Source of the DNA: Escherichia coli
Lineage (GTDB): Bacteria; Pseudomonadota; Gammaproteobacteria; Enterobacterales; Enterobacteriaceae
DNA: 64,000 bases
NCBI RefSeq assembly: GCF_002854065.1
Contig: NZ_CP024151.1
Strand: one strand, 5' to 3'
Shown in pieces: positions 9,651-19,967 of this stretch. Position 1 is the first letter of the stretch. Every line of letters begins with the position of its first letter. A program made the translations under genes and the position numbers. The notes beneath the pieces were generated by a model. The model saw only the letters and a program-made list of their open reading frames with translations, was not told where the DNA came from and made no database searches.

Positions 9651-10208
9651 CTTCTCATCAAGCACGGCCTGAAGTTCTGCCTTTATCCGGTTCTGGCGGC
9701 GGATTTTATCCAGACGCTCTGCCGCATACGCTTCCTCCTCCTGAGAAATATGCTCCGTCACATACCCTTCCGTGTCATACCGGCAGGCACCGGCTTTCAT
9801 GGCACACAGATAGCTTTCTGAACGGGTGATGGCCTTCAGCGCCCTGCGCAGTTTTTTATGCGAGAGCGGGATATTCCGCTGCGCCACGTCTTCCAGTAAC
9901 ACGTCCCGGATACCGCAGGCCAGAAGCCGGGGGGTGTCACCGTCAAATAATCCCGGCCACCAGGGCTTCAGGGTGTTCACGGCTTCATCCAGTGTGGGCA
10001 GGTTCAGATAAATGGACAGCGCCTGTCTGGCCTGCGCTTTTTTTGCCGCCAGCTCTGCCTCCCGAGCCGCTTTCTCCACCAGCTTCTGCTTTTTCACCTT
10101 CCATTTTGGTGGCGTGGTGACATTGATGATGGTTTTCCGGTTGCGGACAGGCGCTGTTCCCTCTGTCTTCCGCTTCAGTGTCAGTACCGGTCGCTTCTGC
10201 TCTGTCAT
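9648..10208 (-). CDS. finO: Fertility inhibition protein FinO (RNA chaperone for FinP)
   Basis: 186 aa, uninterrupted; basic N-terminal region and ...[26 protein letters not shown]...; last gene distal to traX as in R100-type plasmids. Confidence 0.9.
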   Translation of the reverse strand: MTEQKRPVLTLKRKTEGTAPVRNRKTIINVTTPPKWKVKKQKLVEKAAREAELAAKKAQARQALSIYLNLPTLDEAVNTLKPWWPGLFDGDTPRLLACGIRDVLLEDVAQRNIPLSHKKLRRALKAITRSESYLCAMKAGACRYDTEGYVTEHISQEEEAYAAERLDKIRRQNRIKAELQAVLDEK

Positions 10209-10262
10209 GCTGTGTTCTGCCTCTGACGAATCATCCTCTTGCGGCCAAAGATACCATACCCG

Positions 10263-11009
10263 TCACAGCGCCAGAACGTCCAGCACAGCCAGATGACAGG
10301 CATAGAACGTCGGGAAAAAATCCCCGGGCCAGAAACGGGGTAATGATTTTCCTGCACACGACACCAGACCAACGGTCAGCACCGTCATCACAAGGCCGGC
10401 CACCGCCGCTGCATCACTGGTGGCAAGGTTAAGCGCCGGAATAACAGCCAGCAGGCAGGCGACCAGCGCCAGACGTTCCATTCTGTCTTCCGCCCGGTAC
10501 AGCCTGTGGCTGACTGCCAGCATCAGCAGCCCGGCAATGCCGTAACTGGTGCCGGAGAAAGGCAACCACATTGCCAGAAGCAACATGGTCTCTGCGGAAC
10601 GCCACCAGGTGCGCGTTTCACACCATGTCAGCACCTGTGCCGTAACTGCAAAGGCAAACAGGATATTCCCCTCATACCAGGGAAAGCCGGCCAGATAATA
10701 TGCGAACTGGGCAATCACCGCCCATCCCCACAGCCGGTTAATGGCCTCCTGCCGGATATGCGTATGACGGGACAGATTCAGCCCCCACACCAGGGCAAAC
10801 AGCGGAAAGGCCCCACGCCCGACCAGAAACATCCACGACTGGTCCAGATGCAGAATGCGGTTTGCATGGTCCAGAACCATCAGCACCAGTGCCACCGTTT
10901 TGATGATATCCCGCTGTCCGGGTGACCAGACCAGCAACGACTGCAACCAGGTATCGGTCCGGGCAGCCAGTGAATCATTACGTGTTGTGTTCGTGTTATC
11001 CGTTGTCAT
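10263..11009 (-). CDS. traX: TraX, F-pilin N-acetylase (polytopic membrane protein)
   Basis: 248 aa hydrophobic protein immediately downstream of traI; matches the TraX family. Confidence 0.88.
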   Translation of the reverse strand: MTTDNTNTTRNDSLAARTDTWLQSLLVWSPGQRDIIKTVALVLMVLDHANRILHLDQSWMFLVGRGAFPLFALVWGLNLSRHTHIRQEAINRLWGWAVIAQFAYYLAGFPWYEGNILFAFAVTAQVLTWCETRTWWRSAETMLLLAMWLPFSGTSYGIAGLLMLAVSHRLYRAEDRMERLALVACLLAVIPALNLATSDAAAVAGLVMTVLTVGLVSCAGKSLPRFWPGDFFPTFYACHLAVLDVLAL

Positions 11010-11028
11010 CAGCGTTTATCTTCCTGTA

Positions 11029-14000
11029 TCAGTCTCCGCCCAGGGTTTTCTCTTTCTGCAGGGCACGAACCATATCCCGCTCCATCTGCTGCAGTCGCTC
11101 CTGCAGCAGATTTTCCCGGGCAACATCCCGGACCGCTTCCCGCACCCGTTGTGATTCACGCAGCACACTCTCCGGCAGCGCGGCTTCCCGTTCAGATATG
11201 GCAGACCGGTCACGCTCCTGCCCGGCAATCTCCCTGACAGCCTGCTCTGTTTTGCCATCCGGCAGGTCAGGTTTGTTCTCTGCCATTTTACGGACAATTT
11301 CATCCGCACGGCGTTCCGTTTCACGGCGGATGGCCTCTTCAGCTTGCCGCTGTGCCAGTACCTCTGCCGTGACCGGTTCGCCATTTCCGGCTCCCGGCTG
11401 AACGCTGTTGTCCGGGATATCCCCCCACACGCGACCACCGGTGATGGTACCGGGATTCCACGGACGACCTTCACCGGCGATTCTTACCACCACACCGCTG
11501 TCAGGATTATCACGGGCAATCCGGACACCATCCTGCATATTATCAGCCAGCAGGCTCTCTCCGTTACGGCTGCCCTGCAGGGCCACGAACTGCGCATCCC
11601 CGCTGCCTTTCACCCGGCCTTCACCACTGAAGCCCCGCAGCCCGTTTCCGTCATCCGTGGTCAGCGGATTCAGCCAGATACCGGCGGACTTGCCGTTACG
11701 GTCAAAAGCCGGCAGTGCCACATACGGCTGCGGATATTTGCGCCCGGGTGCAATAAACCGTGCAGGATTGTCTCCCCCGGCAAGTCCCGCCTGACGGAGA
11801 ACGGCACGGCCGGCCGCCACGTCCCGCAGCTCCCGCGCCGTACTGAACAGCCGCTCTGCATTCATGACCTCCCGGTCCGATTTCGGCTCAAGCACATCGT
11901 GGGCAGTTCCTTTCTGTACGGCATTGTTAATGGCATCCGTCCAGCCCTGACGGTTATCGGTATACACCTGCACATGCTGCTTCATACGCGACAGGGCCAC
12001 GTAGGCTGACTCAAAGCCGGCCATCTGTTTCCGGCTGCCTTCCGTACCTTCAAGCGCGATGGCAAAGGTTTCACTTGCCCCCTGCGCACCGTGGGCGGTG
12101 ATGGCATAGGCCAGGTCAATATGTTGCTCTGCCCGCTCCTGACCGGGGCGAATCACCCGGGTCTGCTGTCCGTCCGACAGCGTGACACTGTCACCGGAAA
12201 CCGCTGTCACCGTCCAGACGCTGTTGGCCACATAACCGCGCTCCCGGTCACTCTTCGTGAAGCGCATCCGGTCACCGGTTCCCACCCGGATGGTGTCCGG
12301 GGTGTACAGTGTGACGCCTTCAGCCACCGCCTCCCGGGGCGAAATCAGCCGCGTGTTACCTTCAGCATCCTGCAGGGTTATCAGCCCGTCATCCCTGCTG
12401 ATACCGGCAATCCGGTGATACACATTATCCACCAGGGCAAGTGCGTCCCGATGTGTCTCCCAGGTGGAGAGACGACGCAGCTCCCCGTCGCGTATATTCG
12501 CTGTGTTCAGGACAGGCACCATGACCTGCTCTTTTCCCAGCTCACCGGCCTTTTCCCGTGCATCATGAATCATGCTGTTCAGCACGCGCCGGTCCTCATT
12601 CAGGTGCGTGACAATCAGCGTCTGCTCCCGTGCTTCCGGTGTTCTGCCGGTATAGTCGCGGACAATGGCTTCATACAGTGTCATGGGGACATCCGGGAAA
12701 GCCTCGCCTTTCAGCATCGCCTTCTGCTGCGCTTCTGCCAGTTTCGCTTCCTGGCTGTGACTGAACTCCATCACGGAGTGCTCCGGTGCCCATGCGCCCT
12801 CCAGACGTGGCACCTGAGACGGTTTCACACTCTCAAGCCCGGATAGTGCCCTTTCCACATCCCGGTTAATCAGGTTGTATACCGCCTCCCGCAGTTCCGG
12901 CGTCTGACGCACAATCTCCTTCATGATGGCCACATCGGCAGCACTGCGCGTCTGCTGGAGACGGAAAGGCTGACCGGGCGCGATGGCCTGCAGCTGGTCC
13001 GTGTCACCACTGGCCACGGCACGACCGCCACCGGCCGCAATCAGGGCGTATGCCCGTGCCATGTCGGTATTGCCCACCATTGAGCTCTCATCGAGCAGGA
13101 ACAGCGTGTTGCTGAAATCCGGCGTTTCTCCGCTGCGCTGCTGCAGCTGCGTGTCATGCAGAAAAGACGCCAATGTCTGCGCATCCACGCCGGCGCTGCG
13201 CATCTCCCCGACCGCACGGTGTGTGGGACCCAGCCCAACGACACGGGGACGCTCACTCTCCGGCAGCATGTTCACGGCTGACATCACCGCCCGGAACTGT
13301 GTGGTCTTACCCACACCGGCATAGCCCTGCACCACCGTGAAGCGGTCGGACGTTTCCAGTATCATGCGGGTGGCGGCGCGCTGTCCTGATGTCAGTTTCT
13401 CCATGAGTTCGCCAGGTACTCTCTCCATCAGCGGCGTGACCGCCTCCTTACCTTCGAGAATATGGCGAAGAATGCTCTTTTCTGCCTCATACGACGCACG
13501 GGAAACCAGCAGGCCTGTGCCATAGTCTTTTGCCACATCCACATACAGTAAATCACCCCGTTTTATCTGCGCATCGATTTCCCCTCCCAGTTCAGTAAAA
13601 CTGGTTCCTTCTGCAGCAAACGACTTCGCCTCTGTCAGCAGGTCCACCATGCTGAAGGCCAGGTTTTTACTTTCCAGCACAGGAAGGGCCAGATGAATGG
13701 CCTGCTGTGCCGGCGTGTGAAGCCCGGCTTTCTGCAGACTGATAGCGGTTTCCAGCAATGTCTCACCGGCACGCGCCTTTATCTGCTCAGAAACCACCGT
13801 AAAGGAGGGATGGCGGGCAAGTTTTTCCGCAGTACGGGTTTCATCCAGTGAGGAATACAGCCGGACATCACGACCGCTGCGGGCCAGACCGTTCAGGGTG
13901 GCGTTGTCCATTGCCATCTGTGTGACGGAGGCAAAAACCTTCGCACTGTCGCTGACGGAATGCCCGGGCGTTTCCACCCAGCCGCTCTCCAGCTTCAGTG

Positions 14001-16299
14001 CCGTGAACGGTGAATCAGCCACAGGCAGGGAGGCCGGTTCAGCCCGTCCCGGCACAACAACCGTCATCGCGTCCTCGCTGACGGATGCCACCTGCAGGAG
14101 GTCACCGCCGGAGACGCGGAGTCCGGGAATTTTCCCGGTCACCCTCAGACGCTCGCCGTCTGCCACCGGCATTTTTTCCGGCCGGAACAGCGACCAGCTG
14201 CTGTCCAGGGAGGAAATACGCACCACCTGCGTTTCACCCTGCGCATCCCGCAGGGTCAGGCTGTGACTCTGCGCCGTCACCCGGTCGATAACATAGCGGT
14301 CATGACTGCGTGTCTCCGGGTTCCACTGCTCCATCACCATCCCCGGACGGTACATATCCCGCAGATAACGGCTCCGGCTGTCCAGCCAGACCGGTGACAG
14401 TGCCGTCATGGTTACCTCCGGGTGTCCGAGCACGCCCTGTGTTTTCAGCTCACTGCGAATGGCCTGTGTCAGTATGGCCTGTTCCCGTACCCCGCTGACC
14501 TGTGCCACGCTCTCTTCTCCGGCTTTCACGCTGGCCGCAAAATCTCCTGCCAGCCGGGCATAGCGGACATTACGGTCCGGTTCACTGATGATGGTGGCCG
14601 GCCGCTGTTCTCCCCCCTGCCAGCGATATGTGTTCACCCCGGCATCTTTCATGGCCATCAGTGCACTGCCTGTACCGGTTCGCTGCCCGCTGTCGGTTAT
14701 CAGGACCTGTACGTTATGACGTGCAGCACCGTCCAGCAGGGTTAACGTCTCTTTCAGGGAGAGTTTTTCGCCCTGGTCAACGATAACAGTATTGCCCGGC
14801 GTGAAGGCCATGCCCTCCTGCAGCTGACGACGTCCGGTTATCAGCTCACCGGACAGCCGTTCATCCTGCTTCAGGTTCATCTGCGAGCGACGGTCAGCGG
14901 CGATAATCTGCACCTCCCGCCCCTGCTCCCGGGCCATCATGACCAGCTCCGCCACCCGCTCACGCTGCCCGGCTGCACCGCCCTGCCCGGACACAATAGC
15001 CAGCGACGGGCGATCCTGTGCCAGAACACTGACCGCATCGCTGTAACCGGCCGTCCGGGGGACACTTTTCTCCGGATGTACGGTCACCCGGTTCTGTTTC
15101 ATGATGTCACGACTGAGTGCCCGGACTGACAGCTCATCGAGCACATGAATCCCGGACGTGAACAGCCCCTTCTCACGATCGAGGGGGATAAGCTGCTCAC
15201 GGCTGATGGCCTCATCGATACCGGCGCGTGCCCGTTCAATCACACCATTTTCCGGCGGCAGTATGCCGACCGTTCTGGCCAGCACGTCCGTGTACGTAAA
15301 CTGCACTTTGCGTTCACTTAATCCGGCAATCGCCTGTGTCACCGCCTGCTGCACATCCGGCCCGTCCGGTGAAGCAGGCCCGGGCGCCTGCGTGCGGGTC
15401 TCCGCCCGTTGATCCGCCGCGTCACGATACGCCCGGATGTCGAACCCGGTTTCCCTCAGCGTCTGCATCCATTCAGCCATTCTGACTTCAGGATCGACGT
15501 GCTGTTTGGATTTTCGCGTATCCAGTGCCGCCACATCCCGGGATTTCAGCGAGGCATCTTCCCCGACGGCCTCCCGGATAGTCTGTGAGCGTCCGGAAAA
15601 GGCCTCCACCGGTACGCCCGGCATCTCCCACATACCGTGCTTACCCACCACTTCGGTTTCATAGCCCAGCGCCTCAACCTGCTCTTTCAGTTTTTCCCGG
15701 TAGAGCCTGCCAAAGGCAATCTGATTAGCGTACACATTCTCAATGAACCCCGTTTTCCCCACTTTGTCACTGCTCAGTGTCTTCCACTCACCGTTATGCT
15801 GCGTAACATTAGCCACCACCGCATGCGTGTGTAACTGTGGTTCCTGATCGCGACTGGTGTCGTGGTTAAACAGTGCCATCACCAGATTACCGGTCAGTAC
15901 CGTTTCTGACTGTCCGTCCGTCATCACCCGTGTGGAGGCCAGCGCCTCCACCTGACGAACAGCAAAGTCCACGGCCTGGTTATGTGCATCAATCAGGCGC
16001 TTATCGCCACCTAACATGGCCATCATGGAGACACTTTTGGGGGCGGAGAAGGTCAGGTCGTAGCCGGGACGATGCTTATTACTGCCATCCTGCATGCGGC
16101 TTAGATCCGCTCCGTCCGGCAGCCTTCCCTCCAGAAGACGGGTAAAAACATCCTTATCGACACTGCCCTGCAGTCCCAGCTGTTCAGCCCCCCTGCCGGC
16201 CCAGCGTTCTCCCATGCTGCCCAGTACATAGTAATTATCCTTGTCGGTATAATAGTTACCGGCACTTCCGGCCGATCTGACCTGCGCGATACTCATCAT
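11029..16299 (-). CDS. traI: TraI relaxase/helicase (MOBF)
   Basis: 1756 aa; N-terminal relaxase region ([24 protein letters not shown]...) and Walker A GYAGVGKT in the helicase domain; size and position classic for F-like TraI. Confidence 0.95.
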   Translation of the reverse strand: MMSIAQVRSAGSAGNYYTDKDNYYVLGSMGERWAGRGAEQLGLQGSVDKDVFTRLLEGRLPDGADLSRMQDGSNKHRPGYDLTFSAPKSVSMMAMLGGDKRLIDAHNQAVDFAVRQVEALASTRVMTDGQSETVLTGNLVMALFNHDTSRDQEPQLHTHAVVANVTQHNGEWKTLSSDKVGKTGFIENVYANQIAFGRLYREKLKEQVEALGYETEVVGKHGMWEMPGVPVEAFSGRSQTIREAVGEDASLKSRDVAALDTRKSKQHVDPEVRMAEWMQTLRETGFDIRAYRDAADQRAETRTQAPGPASPDGPDVQQAVTQAIAGLSERKVQFTYTDVLARTVGILPPENGVIERARAGIDEAISREQLIPLDREKGLFTSGIHVLDELSVRALSRDIMKQNRVTVHPEKSVPRTAGYSDAVSVLAQDRPSLAIVSGQGGAAGQRERVAELVMMAREQGREVQIIAADRRSQMNLKQDERLSGELITGRRQLQEGMAFTPGNTVIVDQGEKLSLKETLTLLDGAARHNVQVLITDSGQRTGTGSALMAMKDAGVNTYRWQGGEQRPATIISEPDRNVRYARLAGDFAASVKAGEESVAQVSGVREQAILTQAIRSELKTQGVLGHPEVTMTALSPVWLDSRSRYLRDMYRPGMVMEQWNPETRSHDRYVIDRVTAQSHSLTLRDAQGETQVVRISSLDSSWSLFRPEKMPVADGERLRVTGKIPGLRVSGGDLLQVASVSEDAMTVVVPGRAEPASLPVADSPFTALKLESGWVETPGHSVSDSAKVFASVTQMAMDNATLNGLARSGRDVRLYSSLDETRTAEKLARHPSFTVVSEQIKARAGETLLETAISLQKAGLHTPAQQAIHLALPVLESKNLAFSMVDLLTEAKSFAAEGTSFTELGGEIDAQIKRGDLLYVDVAKDYGTGLLVSRASYEAEKSILRHILEGKEAVTPLMERVPGELMEKLTSGQRAATRMILETSDRFTVVQGYAGVGKTTQFRAVMSAVNMLPESERPRVVGLGPTHRAVGEMRSAGVDAQTLASFLHDTQLQQRSGETPDFSNTLFLLDESSMVGNTDMARAYALIAAGGGRAVASGDTDQLQAIAPGQPFRLQQTRSAADVAIMKEIVRQTPELREAVYNLINRDVERALSGLESVKPSQVPRLEGAWAPEHSVMEFSHSQEAKLAEAQQKAMLKGEAFPDVPMTLYEAIVRDYTGRTPEAREQTLIVTHLNEDRRVLNSMIHDAREKAGELGKEQVMVPVLNTANIRDGELRRLSTWETHRDALALVDNVYHRIAGISRDDGLITLQDAEGNTRLISPREAVAEGVTLYTPDTIRVGTGDRMRFTKSDRERGYVANSVWTVTAVSGDSVTLSDGQQTRVIRPGQERAEQHIDLAYAITAHGAQGASETFAIALEGTEGSRKQMAGFESAYVALSRMKQHVQVYTDNRQGWTDAINNAVQKGTAHDVLEPKSDREVMNAERLFSTARELRDVAAGRAVLRQAGLAGGDNPARFIAPGRKYPQPYVALPAFDRNGKSAGIWLNPLTTDDGNGLRGFSGEGRVKGSGDAQFVALQGSRNGESLLADNMQDGVRIARDNPDSGVVVRIAGEGRPWNPGTITGGRVWGDIPDNSVQPGAGNGEPVTAEVLAQRQAEEAIRRETERRADEIVRKMAENKPDLPDGKTEQAVREIAGQERDRSAISEREAALPESVLRESQRVREAVRDVARENLLQERLQQMERDMVRALQKEKTLGGD

Positions 16300-18461
16300 C
16301 AGAAATCATCTCCCGGCTCAACATCCTCCCCACGCTCCCGGTGCACATTAATGTTCACCTCTTCACGACGCTGCATCTGCTGCTGGATGTCCGGATGATT
16401 TTCCTGTTGCCATGCCTCATAAGCGGCCATATCCACCACTTCACCGGATTCACTGATCCCGGGTGGCAGTTGCTGTTCCATCTCTTCTTCCGGTTTCATT
16501 TTCAGCTCCTGCTCGATCCCCCCTGCCGGAACATTCACACCTGAATCTGACTTCTTATCGTTTATGGCAGGAGACACCGGCTGTTGCGGCTGTTGCGGCT
16601 GTTCAGCCTGAGTCACGTCTTCTCCGGAAACAACTTCCGGCACATCCGGTTCGAAGAGGCTGGCCATCTGACGACCTTCTGCTTCCCTTGCGGCAAGTAC
16701 GGCACTCAGACGGTTCTCCATTTCCGGGTTGATGTCACGCGGAATAAACTCAGGGGCAACCTTCGGACGTGCCTGATATTTCAGTGAGAGTTTTACTGCC
16801 GGATACGGTCCGGGCAGGGTGACATAACAAGTCAGATCCGGCAGAGACTGAATGTCGGAATAACTGACCAGCGTCTGGCGCTCCATATCCTTACCGGTCG
16901 ATACCCCGTCACGTACCGGATCAGCACCGTAGGAATACTGCTCGCTGGCTTTCAGGTGCTCTTTCTCACCAATCTCACCGGCAGCGAACTCTGCAATCTT
17001 ATGGCTGGGAGAACGGAAAAAGGCACGAGTGTTCATGACGTCAAACAGCGTGGCAGCCGCTTTCTCACCGTAGATATCTTCCAGCTGGGCATAGGACTGG
17101 ATACCAAACACATAACAGCCACCGAACTTACGGGCTTCCGGCAGGATCTCCACCAGGTCCGGCAGTTTGTGTAACGTGGGTAGCTCATCACAGAAAAACC
17201 ACACACGACGGTTACGGTTTTCTCCCATTGCCAGCAGACCACGAATGGCAATGGACAGCCACATGGAGATCACCGGCTTCAGGGAGGCATGGGTGTCGGC
17301 ATTCGACGAGATAAACAGCCAGCCGTTTTTCTGATCTTCCCGGACACCCCGCATCCAGTCACGGATGGTAAAAGACTCACCGTTATGCTCAATCCCCTGC
17401 AGGTAACGGATGGCTTTCACGTAGTTGGTCAGCACAGCACGGATGGAAATCGCCGTTTTCTCAATTTTCTCTTCCACCAGGTTGGCCGCCGGTGAATTAC
17501 GCAGGAAGGTACGCAGTTTTTCGATTTTGATGGAAAGCAGTGTGTCCACCAGTTTGCTGTAGCTGCGGTTGGGGTCATTACGCATCAGGTACGCCGCTTC
17601 CGCAAAAATGGTACGTCCTGAACCCTGCCAGAACGGGTCCTCTTTTGTGCCCATCGGGATCAGAGTATTTGCGGTATTATCAAAATCCGGCTGTGTCAGG
17701 CACTCCTTCCACAAATCCCAGGCGGCACAACGGGCATCCAGCGGATTCAGGATTTTATCGATGGAGGGATCATAGTAACTTTTAACAAATTCCCCTGAAC
17801 GGTCATAAATCACCACCATATCTCCACGCTGACGGGCGTAGTTGGCCAGACGACGGATAACTTCCGACTTACCGGCCCCGACCGTGCCGTGCAGACAGAA
17901 GTTCTGGATTTCGGAATCCCGGATAATCGGCAGGTCGCCAATCCGTATATCGGAGTCCTTGCCGTCTTTTTTCAGCATCCGGGCAACGTCTTTCGGGTTC
18001 TCCGTCAGCTGACGACCACCTGTGACTTCATTTTCGCTCTGTTGTTTACCCTGACGCCCCAGAATCCAGGAGACAACAAAGAAGGTAATCAGGCAAATAA
18101 CCAGTGCCACAACTGTAGCCAGAACGAATGCGGACCATAGCTGCTCTCCGCACCAGATCATATATTTATCATGCAGTACCTGAGCAGCGTTCATCCGGAA
18201 GGTTTTGCCGTAATACTGGATCTCATAGACCGGCTGGGACTTGATTAAATCCCGCATGCCTTCCAGCGTGGTACACCACCAGTAAATACAGCCGTTCACA
18301 AACGTCTGCCAGCTTATTTTTACCCATAAAACCAGACCAACGAGTATCCAGAAAAAAATAAACAGGCAGTAAAGCATGATATTGGCGATCTGGCTGAACA
18401 TGCGGATACGCATGGACGCAATCTGACCGCCCTGGGTCATATCCTTTGCGTTAAAACTCAT
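16299..18461 (-). CDS. traD: TraD type IV coupling protein
   Basis: 720 aa; N-terminal TM segments, Walker [12 protein letters not shown]; C-terminal Q/P-rich repeat (QPQQPQQP) and acidic tail typical of F-like TraD. Confidence 0.95.
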   Translation of the reverse strand: MSFNAKDMTQGGQIASMRIRMFSQIANIMLYCLFIFFWILVGLVLWVKISWQTFVNGCIYWWCTTLEGMRDLIKSQPVYEIQYYGKTFRMNAAQVLHDKYMIWCGEQLWSAFVLATVVALVICLITFFVVSWILGRQGKQQSENEVTGGRQLTENPKDVARMLKKDGKDSDIRIGDLPIIRDSEIQNFCLHGTVGAGKSEVIRRLANYARQRGDMVVIYDRSGEFVKSYYDPSIDKILNPLDARCAAWDLWKECLTQPDFDNTANTLIPMGTKEDPFWQGSGRTIFAEAAYLMRNDPNRSYSKLVDTLLSIKIEKLRTFLRNSPAANLVEEKIEKTAISIRAVLTNYVKAIRYLQGIEHNGESFTIRDWMRGVREDQKNGWLFISSNADTHASLKPVISMWLSIAIRGLLAMGENRNRRVWFFCDELPTLHKLPDLVEILPEARKFGGCYVFGIQSYAQLEDIYGEKAAATLFDVMNTRAFFRSPSHKIAEFAAGEIGEKEHLKASEQYSYGADPVRDGVSTGKDMERQTLVSYSDIQSLPDLTCYVTLPGPYPAVKLSLKYQARPKVAPEFIPRDINPEMENRLSAVLAAREAEGRQMASLFEPDVPEVVSGEDVTQAEQPQQPQQPVSPAINDKKSDSGVNVPAGGIEQELKMKPEEEMEQQLPPGISESGEVVDMAAYEAWQQENHPDIQQQMQRREEVNINVHRERGEDVEPGDDF

Positions 18462-18712
18462 GATGATATTCCGAAGAAAAAAGTCAGTCGGACTGATTAT
18501 TAATGATGAAAAGATTAATAACCGTTAAATTCCGGCTTCGCCGGCAACACTTCACGGTCGCACAAAGAATTTGCACAACCGCTCAGTGTTTTCATATTTA
18601 TTTCGGAAACGCCGGGGAGAAATAAAATTTATTTTATTTCTTTCCGGGGTTGGACAACGAGCAAAGCGAGGCGTCAGTCAGGAGGCCGGTCAGACCAGCC
18701 TCCGGAAGATAA

Positions 18713-19444
18713 TCAGAGAATATTTGCGATTGATTTGGCCAGCTGGTCTTCGAGAACAGGCTTCGCCTCTTCAAATTTCAGGTTAACCTTGTTCGCATTT
18801 GAGACCACACGGGTCTGGTATTTATGCTGGTTACCTGTTTCAGTACTGGTCTGAATTTTCGCACCTGATGTGCCCTGACGCAGGGCGGCAACATTATCCG
18901 TTGTCACCGTTGCCTTAGTACGCTCTGCAATCTGCACATCCGTGATCATGGTATAGTTCACATCTTCCACCATCGCATCTGCAGCCATACCCACCAGACC
19001 GGCAGCAAGGCCCACACCGAGTGTGGCACCGGCAGAACTGGAATTATATCCGGTGATACCGGCACCTAACGCTGCACCAACTGCTGCGCCCTCATAACCA
19101 CGGTTCAGCCATCCCTGAGACTCCCGCAGATCCATCTTATCGGCCTTCAGCACATTCGCCTGAATCCAGTAGTAGGCTTTATCCGGAGAAGTCACCACCT
19201 GATATCCTTTTGCTTTCACAGCATCAGCAATTTTGCCCTGCAGCCCACTCATGTCTTTATCAGACGTGTTTTTGATCTGCAGAAATACCGTGCGTTCGCT
19301 GGCGGGTTCAAGCCAGATGGTCTCACTCATCTGAGTCTTCACCTCAAGGTTACGCTTCTTGATTGCTGTGCTCATCGCACCACACCCTGAAAGGGCCAGA
19401 GTGGAACTGACCAGTGCAACCATCATCAATTTTTTTGTTTTCAT
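18713..19444 (-). CDS. traT: TraT surface-exclusion outer-membrane lipoprotein
   Basis: 243 aa; lipobox LALSGC; sequence closely matches F/R100 TraT. Confidence 0.93.
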   Translation of the reverse strand: MKTKKLMMVALVSSTLALSGCGAMSTAIKKRNLEVKTQMSETIWLEPASERTVFLQIKNTSDKDMSGLQGKIADAVKAKGYQVVTSPDKAYYWIQANVLKADKMDLRESQGWLNRGYEGAAVGAALGAGITGYNSSSAGATLGVGLAAGLVGMAADAMVEDVNYTMITDVQIAERTKATVTTDNVAALRQGTSGAKIQTSTETGNQHKYQTRVVSNANKVNLKFEEAKPVLEDQLAKSIANIL

Positions 19445-19457
19445 CCAAAATATCCTT

Positions 19458-19967
19458 TTAACTAACAGACTCTTTTTTGAACAGTCCTATTACTGAGGCT
19501 ATAGCTGAGAGATTATAACGATTTATATCTATGGTATACACCAAGAAAAATAATATGAATGTAATCATTAGTGCAAAAACATATAAGATAGAATGCATAA
19601 ACGAAACCATAGAAAAAACAATCAAAAACAACAAAATATATGTCTTACTCTTAGAATACATAAAATTTATTATTTTTGAATCCTTTCTGAAACTATCAGG
19701 AATCGCAAGGTATAACATCATTCCATTTGTAATAGCCACAAAAAGCAGGAACCCCATCATTCCACTAGCACATATATCAAAGCCAACATCCCTGACATCA
19801 CTTTTAACCGATACTAAACGCAGAAAAGTTGGCCATAATAAAACCCATAAAAACACATAAGTTCCCGGCTTTATGACTTGTAATAATGATGGGATATTAA
19901 CACCCTCTACAGAGAGTACCTCCTTTAGTTTTTGCATCTCCATTCTTATATCATAGTGAGTGATCAT
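19458..19967 (-). CDS. traS: TraS entry-exclusion inner-membrane protein
   Basis: 169 aa, very hydrophobic, AT-rich gene located between traG and traT (conserved position of the variable traS). Confidence 0.75.
   Translation of the reverse strand: MITHYDIRMEMQKLKEVLSVEGVNIPSLLQVIKPGTYVFLWVLLWPTFLRLVSVKSDVRDVGFDICASGMMGFLLFVAITNGMMLYLAIPDSFRKDSKIINFMYSKSKTYILLFLIVFSMVSFMHSILYVFALMITFILFFLVYTIDINRYNLSAIASVIGLFKKESVS

Noticed and set aside
11344-15834. Numerous plus-strand and alternative-frame ORFs inside traI (e.g. 11344..12009, 12091..12846, 13898..14266)
   Set aside because: Antisense or out-of-frame to a very well-supported 1756-aa TraI gene in GC-rich DNA; no independent support.
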